A DNA stretch of 64,000 bases from an uncultured delta proteobacterium. GTDB taxonomy: Bacteria > Desulfobacterota > WTBG01. The translations under genes were made by a program, and so were the position numbers. The stretch spans positions 480,001 through 544,000 of the forward strand of contig CAWCBP010000008.1 in the NCBI GenBank assembly GCA_963793865.1, written 5' to 3'. Positions within the stretch are counted from its first letter, which is position 1; each line of letters begins with the position of its first letter. Positions 55,277-64,000 of the stretch are shown here, piece after piece. A model generated the notes under the pieces. The model worked only from the letters and a program-made list of their open reading frames with translations, searched no databases and was not told where the DNA came from.

Positions 55277-55551
55277 GCAAAACGCTCCGGTCGGCCGCCG
55301 GGATAATGGTGCGGCATCTTTGAGATGGGATAGTAGTAAAAATCATCCCCGATAGCAAGCGTTTTTTAGCGCGAATGCGCCATGTGGTTGGCCCTGAGCA
55401 ATCCGTGGTGAGCGTCAGGCGTCATTGTCCATTCCGGCAACGCCGTGTTTTTCCGCTTCACAGGAATGTGCCTGCAACATGTTGAACCCGGATTACGTGC
55501 CTGACGGGGTGTGGTTGCCTGCTTACGGCTCCTCGTTAAAGCCGTGAACCG

Positions 55552-56226
55552 CTAAATCCATTGCACCCGCTTTAAGCCGGCTATGGCGGAGAGTTCGTGC
55601 ACGACGGCAAAATCCCTGATGTCTCTCTTCATCCGGATATCAATGTCGTAGATGACCTCCTGCTGCGCCAGGTGCTTATCCATGCTCACCCTGAGGATGT
55701 GCATGTGGTGGGCGGTGAGCACCTGCTCGATGGCAGGGAAGTTCTGGTCATCGCCGCTGATGAGCCTGACCGTTCTGTACCAGTTCCGCTTGAGAAAGGA
55801 TTCAAGGTAATGGAGCAGGTACAGGGCAACCAGGGTGATCATGCAGGTTATGATCGCGGGGAGGAAAAAACCGCAGCCGACCGCCAGCCCGACTGCCGCG
55901 ATGACCCACAAGCAGGCAGCGGTGGTCAGGCCGCGCACGATTTCCTTTGACTGGATGATGGTGCCTGCCCCCAGAAAGCCGATGCCGCTCATGGTCATGG
56001 CGGCGATGCGGCCGGGATCAAGCCTGAGCACGCTGTCTGCGGTATGCTCCTGAAAGAGAAAAAAAATGTAATTGGAGACCATCATGATCAGGGTGGAACC
56101 GGTGGCAACCAGAATGTGCGTCCGGAGCCCGGCGGCCCGCGCGTGCATCTCCCGCTCCAGGCCGATGAGTCCGCCTAAAAAAGCGGAAAGCACCAGTTTA
56201 ATTACTATCTCGGTTGTCGTATCCAT
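55552..56226 (-). CDS. MgtC/SapB family protein
   Basis: GGLIGLERE, AGLRTHILV, DPGRIAA, GIGFLGAG, GLTTAACLW. Confidence 0.92.
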   Translation of the reverse strand: MDTTTEIVIKLVLSAFLGGLIGLEREMHARAAGLRTHILVATGSTLIMMVSNYIFFLFQEHTADSVLRLDPGRIAAMTMSGIGFLGAGTIIQSKEIVRGLTTAACLWVIAAVGLAVGCGFFLPAIITCMITLVALYLLHYLESFLKRNWYRTVRLISGDDQNFPAIEQVLTAHHMHILRVSMDKHLAQQEVIYDIDIRMKRDIRDFAVVHELSAIAGLKRVQWI

Positions 56227-56526
56227 GCTGTGCCCTCCCGCGGATATCATGCGCCGCGATGATGAAGCCTGATTCCCGTTCACCGCATGCAAGCATGTCA
56301 AAAAAGCATATTAAAATCAAGGTCATTATTTCGCGGGCAGCAAATTTTTTAAAACAAGCTTGACTAAAAAAAATGAATTTGCTAGTTTCGTTCTCTGTTT
56401 CATGTGCGCCACTAACAAAACGGGGGGATCACATTCTATCATGGAGGTAAATCATGGTAGAATGCTTTTTTAGGCGACTTGCACGGAAGGCCTGCGTGAC
56501 GGGGGCGAGCGTAGGGGATTGAAGAT

Positions 56527-57858
56527 ATGAGTGCCAGGGTAGAGATTGTCGACGCGAAAGAGGCTGACTACAGCCAGATCATGCACATTTTTAAAGAAAG
56601 CGGCCATGAGGTTGCCTTTGTTTCTTCCTGGAAGAAGGCGCTGAAACGCTTCAAGCGGGAAAAGCCGGACATACTTTTCCTTGCACCGGGGCTGCCGGAA
56701 CTGGGCGGCGTGGAGGCATTTACCAGAATAAAAAAGAACGGAGGATGTGCTGATATTTTCGCCGTCGTCGATTCACCGGAGCAGGGCATCGAGGCCATGC
56801 GCCAGGGTGCGGCATATTACTTTGTGCGGCCCTGCAGGCTGGATGAAGTCAACATTGTCACCGCCCGGTTTTTAGCCCAGCGCTGCTACCGGCAGCGGGT
56901 CGAGCGTCTCAGGCGCTCGTACCTTCAGCAGCTGGAAAGCGACGACCTGCTGGCGGTGAGCAAGACCATGAAGGAGCTCTATCAGCAGGTGATCAAGGTT
57001 GCCGAGGCCGGCACGCATCCCGTGCTGCTGGTGGGTGAAACCGGAACCGGGAAAGAGCTTTTGGCGCAGATTATCCATCTCCGCAGCCCGCACTTCATGT
57101 CTCCCTTCATTCCTCTCTGCTGCAAGGAAATCACCTCAAGCGGGCTGGATGCGTTTCTGCTCGAGCTGAGCAGGGAGAACCGCCCGTGCGCGGATGAGCC
57201 CGGGAACGGGCAGGCGCTGGAGGGGAACACCCTCTTTCTCTCGCACATTGATCATCTCAGCAAGGCGGATCAGGTCAAGGTGCTCAAATTCCTCAAGGGG
57301 AGAAGAACGGCGGAGCGGAAGGCCGGAAGGCATCCCTGGGGCCGCTGCGTGGTGGTGGCGACGAACGAAAACCTGAAAAAGCTGGTTGACGGGGGTAGAT
57401 TTAACAAGGAGCTGTATCATCTCCTGAGCAAGCGCGCGGTGCATATTCCTCCCCTGAGGAAGCGCCCCGCGGAAATTATGCCGTTGGCCCTGCACTTTAT
57501 CGAGGTTTTTAACAAGGCCTATGACCGGCAGGTTAAAAAGATTGATCCCGCCGTCAAGCACTACCTGGAGACCTGCGAGTGGCCCGGCAATGTGTCCGAA
57601 TTGAAAAATGTTATTGAGCATTGCGTGATCACCTCGCGCTCCGAGCACCTCACCATGGAGGCGCTGGAAATTAACGGCAACCGGCAGGTGATGTCCCTGG
57701 ATACGCTTCTTTTGAACGGCAGCTTTCTTTCCCTTGATGAGATGGTGGCCCTGTATGTCAAGACGGTGCTCAAAAAGGTAAAGGGCAACAAAAGCAGGGC
57801 GGCAAAGCTGCTGCGGGTGTCCCGCAACACGCTCAAGAAGAAATCGGTGGTCATCTAG
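56527..57858 (+). CDS. Degenerate NtrC-like regulator (receiver-AAA+-HTH)
   Basis: GETGTGKE, PPLRKR, WPGNVSEL and a Fis HTH are present; GAFTGA, Walker B DE and the phospho-acceptor Asp are not. Confidence 0.85.
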   Translation: MSARVEIVDAKEADYSQIMHIFKESGHEVAFVSSWKKALKRFKREKPDILFLAPGLPELGGVEAFTRIKKNGGCADIFAVVDSPEQGIEAMRQGAAYYFVRPCRLDEVNIVTARFLAQRCYRQRVERLRRSYLQQLESDDLLAVSKTMKELYQQVIKVAEAGTHPVLLVGETGTGKELLAQIIHLRSPHFMSPFIPLCCKEITSSGLDAFLLELSRENRPCADEPGNGQALEGNTLFLSHIDHLSKADQVKVLKFLKGRRTAERKAGRHPWGRCVVVATNENLKKLVDGGRFNKELYHLLSKRAVHIPPLRKRPAEIMPLALHFIEVFNKAYDRQVKKIDPAVKHYLETCEWPGNVSELKNVIEHCVITSRSEHLTMEALEINGNRQVMSLDTLLLNGSFLSLDEMVALYVKTVLKKVKGNKSRAAKLLRVSRNTLKKKSVVI

Positions 57859-57990
57859 GCGGGTGGCTGCAGATGATTAAAAGAAGATTTTGAAAAATAG
57901 CGCGATTGAAACTGTCGTATAAGCGGTTTGCAAACGCTGCCGGTTACAGTACATCATCTAAAAACAGCACTTGATAGTGTGGAACGCAGC

Positions 57991-58029
57991 AAAAAAGCCT
58001 CTCGTCATTTTGCCCGAGAGGCTTTTTTT
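57991..58029. terminator. Bidirectional terminator
   Basis: AAAAAAGCCTCTCG ... CGAGAGGCTTTTTT. Confidence 0.8.
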
Positions 58030-58121
58030 GTGTGCTTGAGCACGCTGCATGTGCGCAGCCTGTTTTTTCTCGGCAGTCGAGACCAGGCCTGTGCATCCTT
58101 CCGCGCTGCTTCCGGGGACGG

Positions 58122-58274
58122 CTACCGTTTTACTTTCTTGGCGTAGCAGTCTTTGCAGTAAACGGGCCGGTCTCCACTGGGCTTGAAAGGCACTTCGCAC
58201 TCTTTCTTGCAGCCTGAACAGACCGCTTTATGCATTTCCCGTGGGCGTTTATCGTACCTGTCTTCATAAGCCAT
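58122..58274 (-). CDS. CxxC-x17-CxxC zinc-binding small protein (not in the ORF track)
   Basis: AGGAGG RBS; MAYEDRYDKRPREMHKAVCSGCKKECEVPFKPSGDRPVYCKDCYAKKVKR. Confidence 0.9.
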   Translation of the reverse strand: MAYEDRYDKRPREMHKAVCSGCKKECEVPFKPSGDRPVYCKDCYAKKVKR

Positions 58275-58382
58275 GCTGCTTCCTCCTTTGCGATACCTGC
58301 CGCCAGGTACCGGGTTAGTGAATTAACCCACTTCGTTACGTGGTAATAAAATGGCAACCCTTATCCGGCTGCCCTGCGTGTT

Positions 58383-58583
58383 TCACATCCCTGTAACATT
58401 AACCGCCTGAGGACCTCGTAACCCGTCCTTTATCTCAAAGGTTACCTCCTGCCCCTTGGTAAGCGTTTTGATGCCGTCCCCCTGGATGCTTTTGTAATGC
58501 ACAAATATATCGGTTCCATTCTCCTGGGTTAAAAACCCGTAGCCCTTCCTCTGATGAAACCAGCTCACGGTTCCTTTCTGCAT
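58383..58583 (-). CDS. Cold-shock protein (CspA family)
   Basis: GTVSWF, KGYGFL, DIFVHYKSI, GPQAVNV. Confidence 0.95.
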   Translation of the reverse strand: MQKGTVSWFHQRKGYGFLTQENGTDIFVHYKSIQGDGIKTLTKGQEVTFEIKDGLRGPQAVNVTGM

Positions 58584-58962
58584 ATCCTCTCACCTCCTTT
58601 CCTCACAGCTTCACTTGAAGCTATCCGCCTTTAATCTTTCACTGCAAGAAAGGAAATGGGCTTGTAAGAAACCGTGTTTTCTGCTTTCCAACAACAAAAA
58701 TAATTAAAGTAAAATAACTGAAGTGTTCAACCACAATATCATATCTGCTTACCATCTGTCAACCTCCAATGGGTGATCCGTGTTTTTTTGAGCGCAGACA
58801 GCAAAAAGAAGGCTGAATGGACAGAACCGGCCGGAGATATTCAATTCCCATCCGCCCCTGCCTTTAAAAGATAACTTGACTTTTTGTCAGTACTCAGGTA
58901 TGTATAAGCTCACTCATAAAGGATTGTAACCTTTAATCTAAAATCCAGTAAGTTTTGAAGAC

Positions 58963-59008
58963 AGAACCCATGGGATTTTTCATTAAATCCCATGGGTTCT
59001 TTATATTT
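58963..59008 (+). promoter_or_regulatory. 16-bp perfect hairpin with T-rich tail upstream of the helicase
   Basis: AGAACCCATGGGATTT-TTCATT-AAATCCCATGGGTTCT-TTATATTT. Confidence 0.55.
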
Positions 59009-59149
59009 CCTGGAAAATCAAACAGATAACCAAGGAGTATCTGCGCGCAAGGTCAGTCAACAGTAGAAAAAAGCTTACAATTCGCAGGGTGAACACAATC
59101 GCAGCATCATTATGCACGGTAACTTTAATGGAAGGAGCAGAATTACAGT

Positions 59150-60442
59150 ATGAATTTCGATAAATTTAATTTACACGCAAACATCACTGCCGGTGTTCGG
59201 GCGCATGGCTACACCGAGCCAACCCCGATCCAGTCGCAATCAATACCGCCGATATTGGCAGGAAAAGATGTCCTGGGCCTTGCCCAGACAGGAACAGGTA
59301 AGACAGCGGCGTTTGTGCTGCCGATATTACAGCGCCTGGTGCACGGACGCCGGGGAGTTGTCCGCGCTCTGATTATAGCACCAACGCGCGAACTGACCGA
59401 ACAGACCCATCACGCCATCGGTCGCCTGGGCGGTAAAACCAGGCTCCGCAGCGCCAGCATCTACGGCGGCGTAAGCATACTCCCCCAGATCAGCACATTG
59501 CGCAGAGGGGTGGACATGGTCTCGGCCTGCCCCGGCCGTCTGCTGGACCATATCAGCCGGGGAACCATCGATCTATCAGCCGTCGAGGTGCTGGTCCTGG
59601 ACGAGGCTGACCTGATGTTCGACATGGGGTTTTTTCCGGACATCAAGAAGATCGTGAAGCAGCTTCCCGTCCGCCGCCAGACGCTCCTCTTCTCCGCCAC
59701 CATGCCCGACGATGTGCTGTCCCTGGCAACGGAAACCATGAAAGATCCGGTCAGGGTGCAAATAGGGCACACCGCCCCGGCGGATACGGTATCCCACACC
59801 TTCTACCCGGTGGAGACCCATCTCAAAACCGCTTTGCTGAAGCACCTTCTCAGCAGTACGGAAACGGGACCGGTGCTTGTTTTTACCCGCACCAAGATGC
59901 GCGCAACCAGCGTCGGACAGAAGCTGGCACGGGCCGGCTACAATGCCATTGCCCTGCACGGCAACCTGTCGCAAAACAAACGGCAGGAAGCGCTTGATGG
60001 TTTCCGCAGCGGAAGGTATAAGGTTCTGGTTGCGACTGACGTTGCCGCGCGCGGGATTGATGTGTGCGGAGTTTCCCACGTGATTAATTATGATATTCCC
60101 GACACGGAACGCGCCTATACCCATCGCATCGGCCGCACCGGACGTGCCTGTAACACCGGCGACGCATTTACCTTTGTCACCAGCAGCGACAAGGAGCCCG
60201 CATATTCCATCATGCGCGTTTTGGGCAATAAGCTCAGGCACCGCACCATAAAGGCTTTGGACGCCGGTTCTTCCCCTGATGAAGGTGATGCGGTTCGCAG
60301 GCATGGCGGGGGAAGGTTTGCCAACAGGAGCAGGGCAGCCGCCGGCAGGCCTGGTCGGAGGCGCAACTCAGCGCATTCATCCGTGCCGGGAGGTTCCCGC
60401 GGAAATGACAGAATCGGCAGGGAGCGGGCCCTGGCTGTCTGA
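59150..60442 (+). CDS. DEAD-box RNA helicase (RhlE-like)
   Basis: PTPIQ, AQTGTGKT, PTREL, DEAD, SAT, ARGID, HRIGRTGR; basic tail. Confidence 0.95.
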   Translation: MNFDKFNLHANITAGVRAHGYTEPTPIQSQSIPPILAGKDVLGLAQTGTGKTAAFVLPILQRLVHGRRGVVRALIIAPTRELTEQTHHAIGRLGGKTRLRSASIYGGVSILPQISTLRRGVDMVSACPGRLLDHISRGTIDLSAVEVLVLDEADLMFDMGFFPDIKKIVKQLPVRRQTLLFSATMPDDVLSLATETMKDPVRVQIGHTAPADTVSHTFYPVETHLKTALLKHLLSSTETGPVLVFTRTKMRATSVGQKLARAGYNAIALHGNLSQNKRQEALDGFRSGRYKVLVATDVAARGIDVCGVSHVINYDIPDTERAYTHRIGRTGRACNTGDAFTFVTSSDKEPAYSIMRVLGNKLRHRTIKALDAGSSPDEGDAVRRHGGGRFANRSRAAAGRPGRRRNSAHSSVPGGSRGNDRIGRERALAV

Positions 60443-60543
60443 CCATCTGCAGTAACCGCCCGTATGATGCGCTGACGGACGGGCATCATGGCGCGGTCGA
60501 AATTTCGAAAGATGAGCCTTAAGAAAGAAGGAGCCGGGAGCGG

Positions 60544-62304
60544 ATGTCACCAGACGACATGAACATCCAGGTAAGGCATCTTGTGGCCATGGGAAAAGAA
60601 AAGGGCTTTGTCACCTGCGACGAGGTTAACGACATCCTGCCCTCGGACATCTTTTCACCACAGCAAATCGATGAAATGCTGGCACTGCTCGGGGAGATGA
60701 ATATAGAAATAGCCGAGCCGCTCCCGGTGCCGGGCATTCTGCACGGCTCGTCTCCGGCGGCGATGGAAAAAGATGAAAACGGTTCCGTCGACGGGGAATT
60801 GGATGCATCATCGTTTGATGCTTTTAAAGATCCTGTGGGCATGTATTTGCGGCAGATTGGCTCCATATCCCTGCTGAGCCGCGATGAAGAGACGGCAATA
60901 GCAAAACGCATAGAGGAAGGGGAAACGGAATTCGCCGCGGCTGTCCTGCGCGCCCCCATCACGGTTGCGGAAATTATGAGCATCGGTGAAGACCTGAGAG
61001 GCAGGCATCTCTCAATCAGGGAGGTTATAAAGGGTTTTGATGATGAAGAAACCGATATTGATGAGGAACCGCACACACGGAAAGTTCTTGCTTTAATTGA
61101 GAGGGTCGGCAGACGCCGGCGGTTAACCCTGGAATTGCTCAAGCAGCTCACCCGCTCACACCTCGGCACAGCCGCGAAGCAAGAGTTGCGGAAGAAGGCG
61201 GAGCGCAGCGCCGAAAAGATGCATGCGCTCATCGAGCGCATTAATCTCAGCAAGGCCCGGATTGAAACGGTTGCGCACAAACTGCGGCGCCTGCTCCAAA
61301 GGCTGGAAAAAGCGGAGGGTGAGATCAGTCAATGCTCGGCAGCCGCACACATGCCTGCCGCGGAATTGCAAAGGCAGCTTCGCAGGGTTGAAAAAAGCCC
61401 GCACGCAACAACCAGGACGCCGGGGGTGAAGGGTGTCCCCGCAAAAGCGTTGTTGGCGTATGGTCAGGTCATGAAAAACGCTCATCGGGAGATCAGGCTG
61501 ATCGAAGCGGAGTCGGGCCTGGATGCGCAATCACTGAAGCGGGTTGTCAGATCCATGGAAGACGCGCAGCTTAAGGCCAAACTTGCACGCGATGAGCTGG
61601 TCAGGGCCAATTTGAGGCTGGTTATCAGCCTTGCCAGAAAGTACAGCAAGCGGGGGCTGCAGCTGCTGGACCTGATTCAGGAAGGCAACATAGGGCTCAT
61701 CAAGGCGGTTGAGAAATTTGACTATCATCGGGGCTACAAGTTCAGTACCTATGCGGTGTGGTGGATCAGGCAGGCCATCACCAGGGCCATTGCGGACCAG
61801 GCACGGACCATTAGAATCCCGGTGCACATGATCGAAAACATCAATAAGCTGATGAGCGCCTCGCACCGCATGGTGCAAAAACTGGGCAGGGAACCATCAC
61901 CGGAGGAGGTCGCAAAAAGCACCGAGTTGCCTCTGGACAAGGTAAGCAGCGTCCTCACCATCGCCAGGCACACCATCTCATTGCAAAATCCTGTGGGAGA
62001 TGAACGGGAGAGTCAGCTGGGCGATTTTATTGAAGACAAACATGTTGCGCTGCAGGGGGATGTCGCCCTTTACAACAGCCTGCAGGAGCAGACGGTCAAG
62101 GCATTATCCACCCTGACCCCCCGCGAGGAAAAGGTCATACGCATGAGATTCGGCATAGGAGAAAAAGCAGACCATACGCTTGAAGAAGTGGGCCAGGATT
62201 TCGATGTGACCAGGGAGCGGATCAGGCAGATCGAGGAGAAGGCCCTGCGGAAGCTCAGGCACCACAGCAGGAGTAAAAAATTAAGATCTTTTTTTGAAAG
62301 TTAA
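60544..62304 (+). CDS. rpoD: Group-1-like sigma-70 factor (RpoD family, probable paralog)
   Basis: Region 1.1 ([14 protein letters not shown]), [60 protein letters not shown]; no dnaG upstream. Confidence 0.88.
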   Translation: MSPDDMNIQVRHLVAMGKEKGFVTCDEVNDILPSDIFSPQQIDEMLALLGEMNIEIAEPLPVPGILHGSSPAAMEKDENGSVDGELDASSFDAFKDPVGMYLRQIGSISLLSRDEETAIAKRIEEGETEFAAAVLRAPITVAEIMSIGEDLRGRHLSIREVIKGFDDEETDIDEEPHTRKVLALIERVGRRRRLTLELLKQLTRSHLGTAAKQELRKKAERSAEKMHALIERINLSKARIETVAHKLRRLLQRLEKAEGEISQCSAAAHMPAAELQRQLRRVEKSPHATTRTPGVKGVPAKALLAYGQVMKNAHREIRLIEAESGLDAQSLKRVVRSMEDAQLKAKLARDELVRANLRLVISLARKYSKRGLQLLDLIQEGNIGLIKAVEKFDYHRGYKFSTYAVWWIRQAITRAIADQARTIRIPVHMIENINKLMSASHRMVQKLGREPSPEEVAKSTELPLDKVSSVLTIARHTISLQNPVGDERESQLGDFIEDKHVALQGDVALYNSLQEQTVKALSTLTPREEKVIRMRFGIGEKADHTLEEVGQDFDVTRERIRQIEEKALRKLRHHSRSKKLRSFFES

Positions 62305-62668
62305 GAAGATGCTGAGATGGAAAGGACCCGTCCGATGTTCAGAGAAGGCACCTGTCTTCGGCGGTTAATAAAATCAACATATCCCCGCCTCCTGTTTCTT
62401 CCAGCCGCCCGCCTGTCAGGGCTTTTTTCTTCCGTAGACCATTGACTACCAGCCGTCACCGATTGCTCTACCCTCAATTGTTTGCATCCGCCGACACCGG
62501 CATGATACATGCTTTGCTTACGGCTAGTGGACCGCAGTTGCTTCTAAAGCCTCCACACTGAACCCTCACCCCTGTTCACTGGCATTTATGTGTAATAAAT
62601 AATAATTGTTGCAAATATTCCTGAAATGTGATATTTTCCTGAACAAGAAAATATTGGAAATTAGGAAA

Positions 62669-63757
62669 ATGCCCACCAAACAAGAAATAATCGAAGAGCT
62701 TAAAAAAGGAAGGATTTTGTTTCCTCCCTTGTCATTCCGGTTTCTGCAACTTGCTGATGCGAGAGGGAAATATATTAATTTTGATGCCCTCGTTGAAGCG
62801 TCCTGGCAGAAATGGACGGCCAGGTTTGCTGTGGAGATCAAAGCAAACTGGACCCCAAAAGCGTTTCAGAGCGCCATCAACTCCCTGAAAGCATCTTCGC
62901 TCCCGCGGGGGTATCAGCCCATGCTTATCATGCCCTTCCTCAGCGAACAGCAGTTGCAGGGGCTGGAGAGGGAAAAGCTGAGCGGTATCGATCTGTGCGG
63001 AAACGGGGTCGTGGTCGTACCGGGCAGCATCGGCGTAATCCGCAGTGGAGGGAAAAACCGTTTCACATCTTCGGCGCCGATCAAAAATATTTATCGTAAA
63101 AACAGTTCCATGGTGAGTCGGGTTTTCCTCATTCAATCCGGCTACGCCACGGTTCAAGCTGTTTGCAATGAAATCAACCGGCGAAACATGCTTTTACAAT
63201 ATGGGGTTAAGACGCCCATGAGCTTATCGACAGTGTCCAAATCATTGAAGGCCCTGGAGGAGGATCTGATCATTGAGCGCAATGGCGTCATCCGCTTGCT
63301 TCAAGCAGATAAGCTGCTCGAAAAGCTGCGTGCAAACTATCTTCCTCCGAAAGTAAAAGAGAGGGTGCGGCTTAAAGTCTCGGGAACAGGCGCAACGGTC
63401 CCGGAACTATTGCCCAGGCTAGCACGGGATTTGCAGCTACCCCTTGTTGCTGTCGGGTCGTCATCAGTTACACAATACGCGGCAATGCAGCGAGGGGATG
63501 TTTTAACCGTTTACTGCCCCCGCCTGGGAACGCTGCTGGAGAGGCTGCCCGGCAGTCAATCGGATCGTTTCCCGAATCTTGAACTTATCGAGACTGATGA
63601 CGAAACGGTCTTTTTCGATGCCCGTCAGGAAGAAAATTTCTGGTGGGCCTCGCCGGTGCAGGTGTACTTGGAGTTGACTGCGGGGGACAAGCGGGACCGG
63701 GAAACCGCCGAACAGGTGAAGTCACTCATCATGAAGAATCTTCAGCCCATACCATGA
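62669..63757 (+). CDS. Hypothetical protein resembling AbiEi-type (type IV TA) antitoxins
   Basis: D...FAVEIK restriction-fold-like N-terminus, IDLCGNG, HTH-like MSLSTVSKSLKALEEDL, C-terminal ASPVQVYLEL...RDRETAE. Confidence 0.55.
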   Translation: MPTKQEIIEELKKGRILFPPLSFRFLQLADARGKYINFDALVEASWQKWTARFAVEIKANWTPKAFQSAINSLKASSLPRGYQPMLIMPFLSEQQLQGLEREKLSGIDLCGNGVVVVPGSIGVIRSGGKNRFTSSAPIKNIYRKNSSMVSRVFLIQSGYATVQAVCNEINRRNMLLQYGVKTPMSLSTVSKSLKALEEDLIIERNGVIRLLQADKLLEKLRANYLPPKVKERVRLKVSGTGATVPELLPRLARDLQLPLVAVGSSSVTQYAAMQRGDVLTVYCPRLGTLLERLPGSQSDRFPNLELIETDDETVFFDARQEENFWWASPVQVYLELTAGDKRDRETAEQVKSLIMKNLQPIP

Positions 63758-64000
63758 TCACCATACCTGACCTGAAAACAGCATTGCTCGAGCTGCTCCA
63801 CGAAATTAAGGATACAGATATCAAGCTTATTATCGGTGGCGGCTTCGGCATCTATCTCAAGGTTGATCATGTGCGGCAGTCAGGTATCCGGACGCTTTTA
63901 CGTGAATTGCCCGAAACTCGTTCCACCAATGACCTGGACTTGTTTCTGCGGCCCGAGCTGCTCATCGATTCAGGAAAATTAAAACCATTGTCAGAGGCCC
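63754..64000 (+). CDS. Nucleotidyltransferase-fold protein (AbiEii-like), truncated by the window edge
   Basis: ATGA overlap with the upstream stop; LIIGGGFGIYL ... RSTNDLDLFL motif. Confidence 0.65.
   Translation, partial: MITIPDLKTALLELLHEIKDTDIKLIIGGGFGIYLKVDHVRQSGIRTLLRELPETRSTNDLDLFLRPELLIDSGKLKPLSEA

Noticed and set aside
56454..56522. 22-codon upstream ORF with GGAGGT RBS before the degenerate regulator
   Set aside because: It could equally be the true N-terminus separated by a homopolymer error; there is no independent support.

Overview
A 64-kb bacterial window whose gene content and repeats suggest a deltaproteobacterium (Desulfobacterota-like; inference). From left to right: a thioredoxin-like gene and a secreted papain-family protease; an SLC13/TrkA-C anion transporter convergent with an aprA-like/ferredoxin/cysK/siroheme sulfite reductase operon; hcp with a divergent HcpR-type regulator; and a sigma-54 two-component system whose candidate enhancer and promoters are visible. 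An AT-richer block (about 18.8-29.3 kb) opens with a clear fluoride (crcB) riboswitch ahead of a cation:proton antiporter, Usp, enolase, small membrane proteins and a dynamin-like GTPase, with no Fluc/CLC exporter in the window. Three tRNA fragments (Arg, Glu, Lys) look like att-site relics. The right half holds housekeeping and stress genes (argH, fba, AOR, mntP, radC, ssb, groESL with CIRCE, dgt, HtrA, two Hsp20, uvrA), a tiny lysine-rich ORF, a cold-shock module with a non-canonically placed rpoD-like gene, and an AbiE-like gene pair at the edge. A two-copy MITE and several REP families are present. Many genes carry single-base frameshifts, often at homopolymers, consistent with long-read consensus error. 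No CRISPR array, rRNA, intact tRNA, integrase or transposase was seen. All family assignments come from motif recognition, not database searches.
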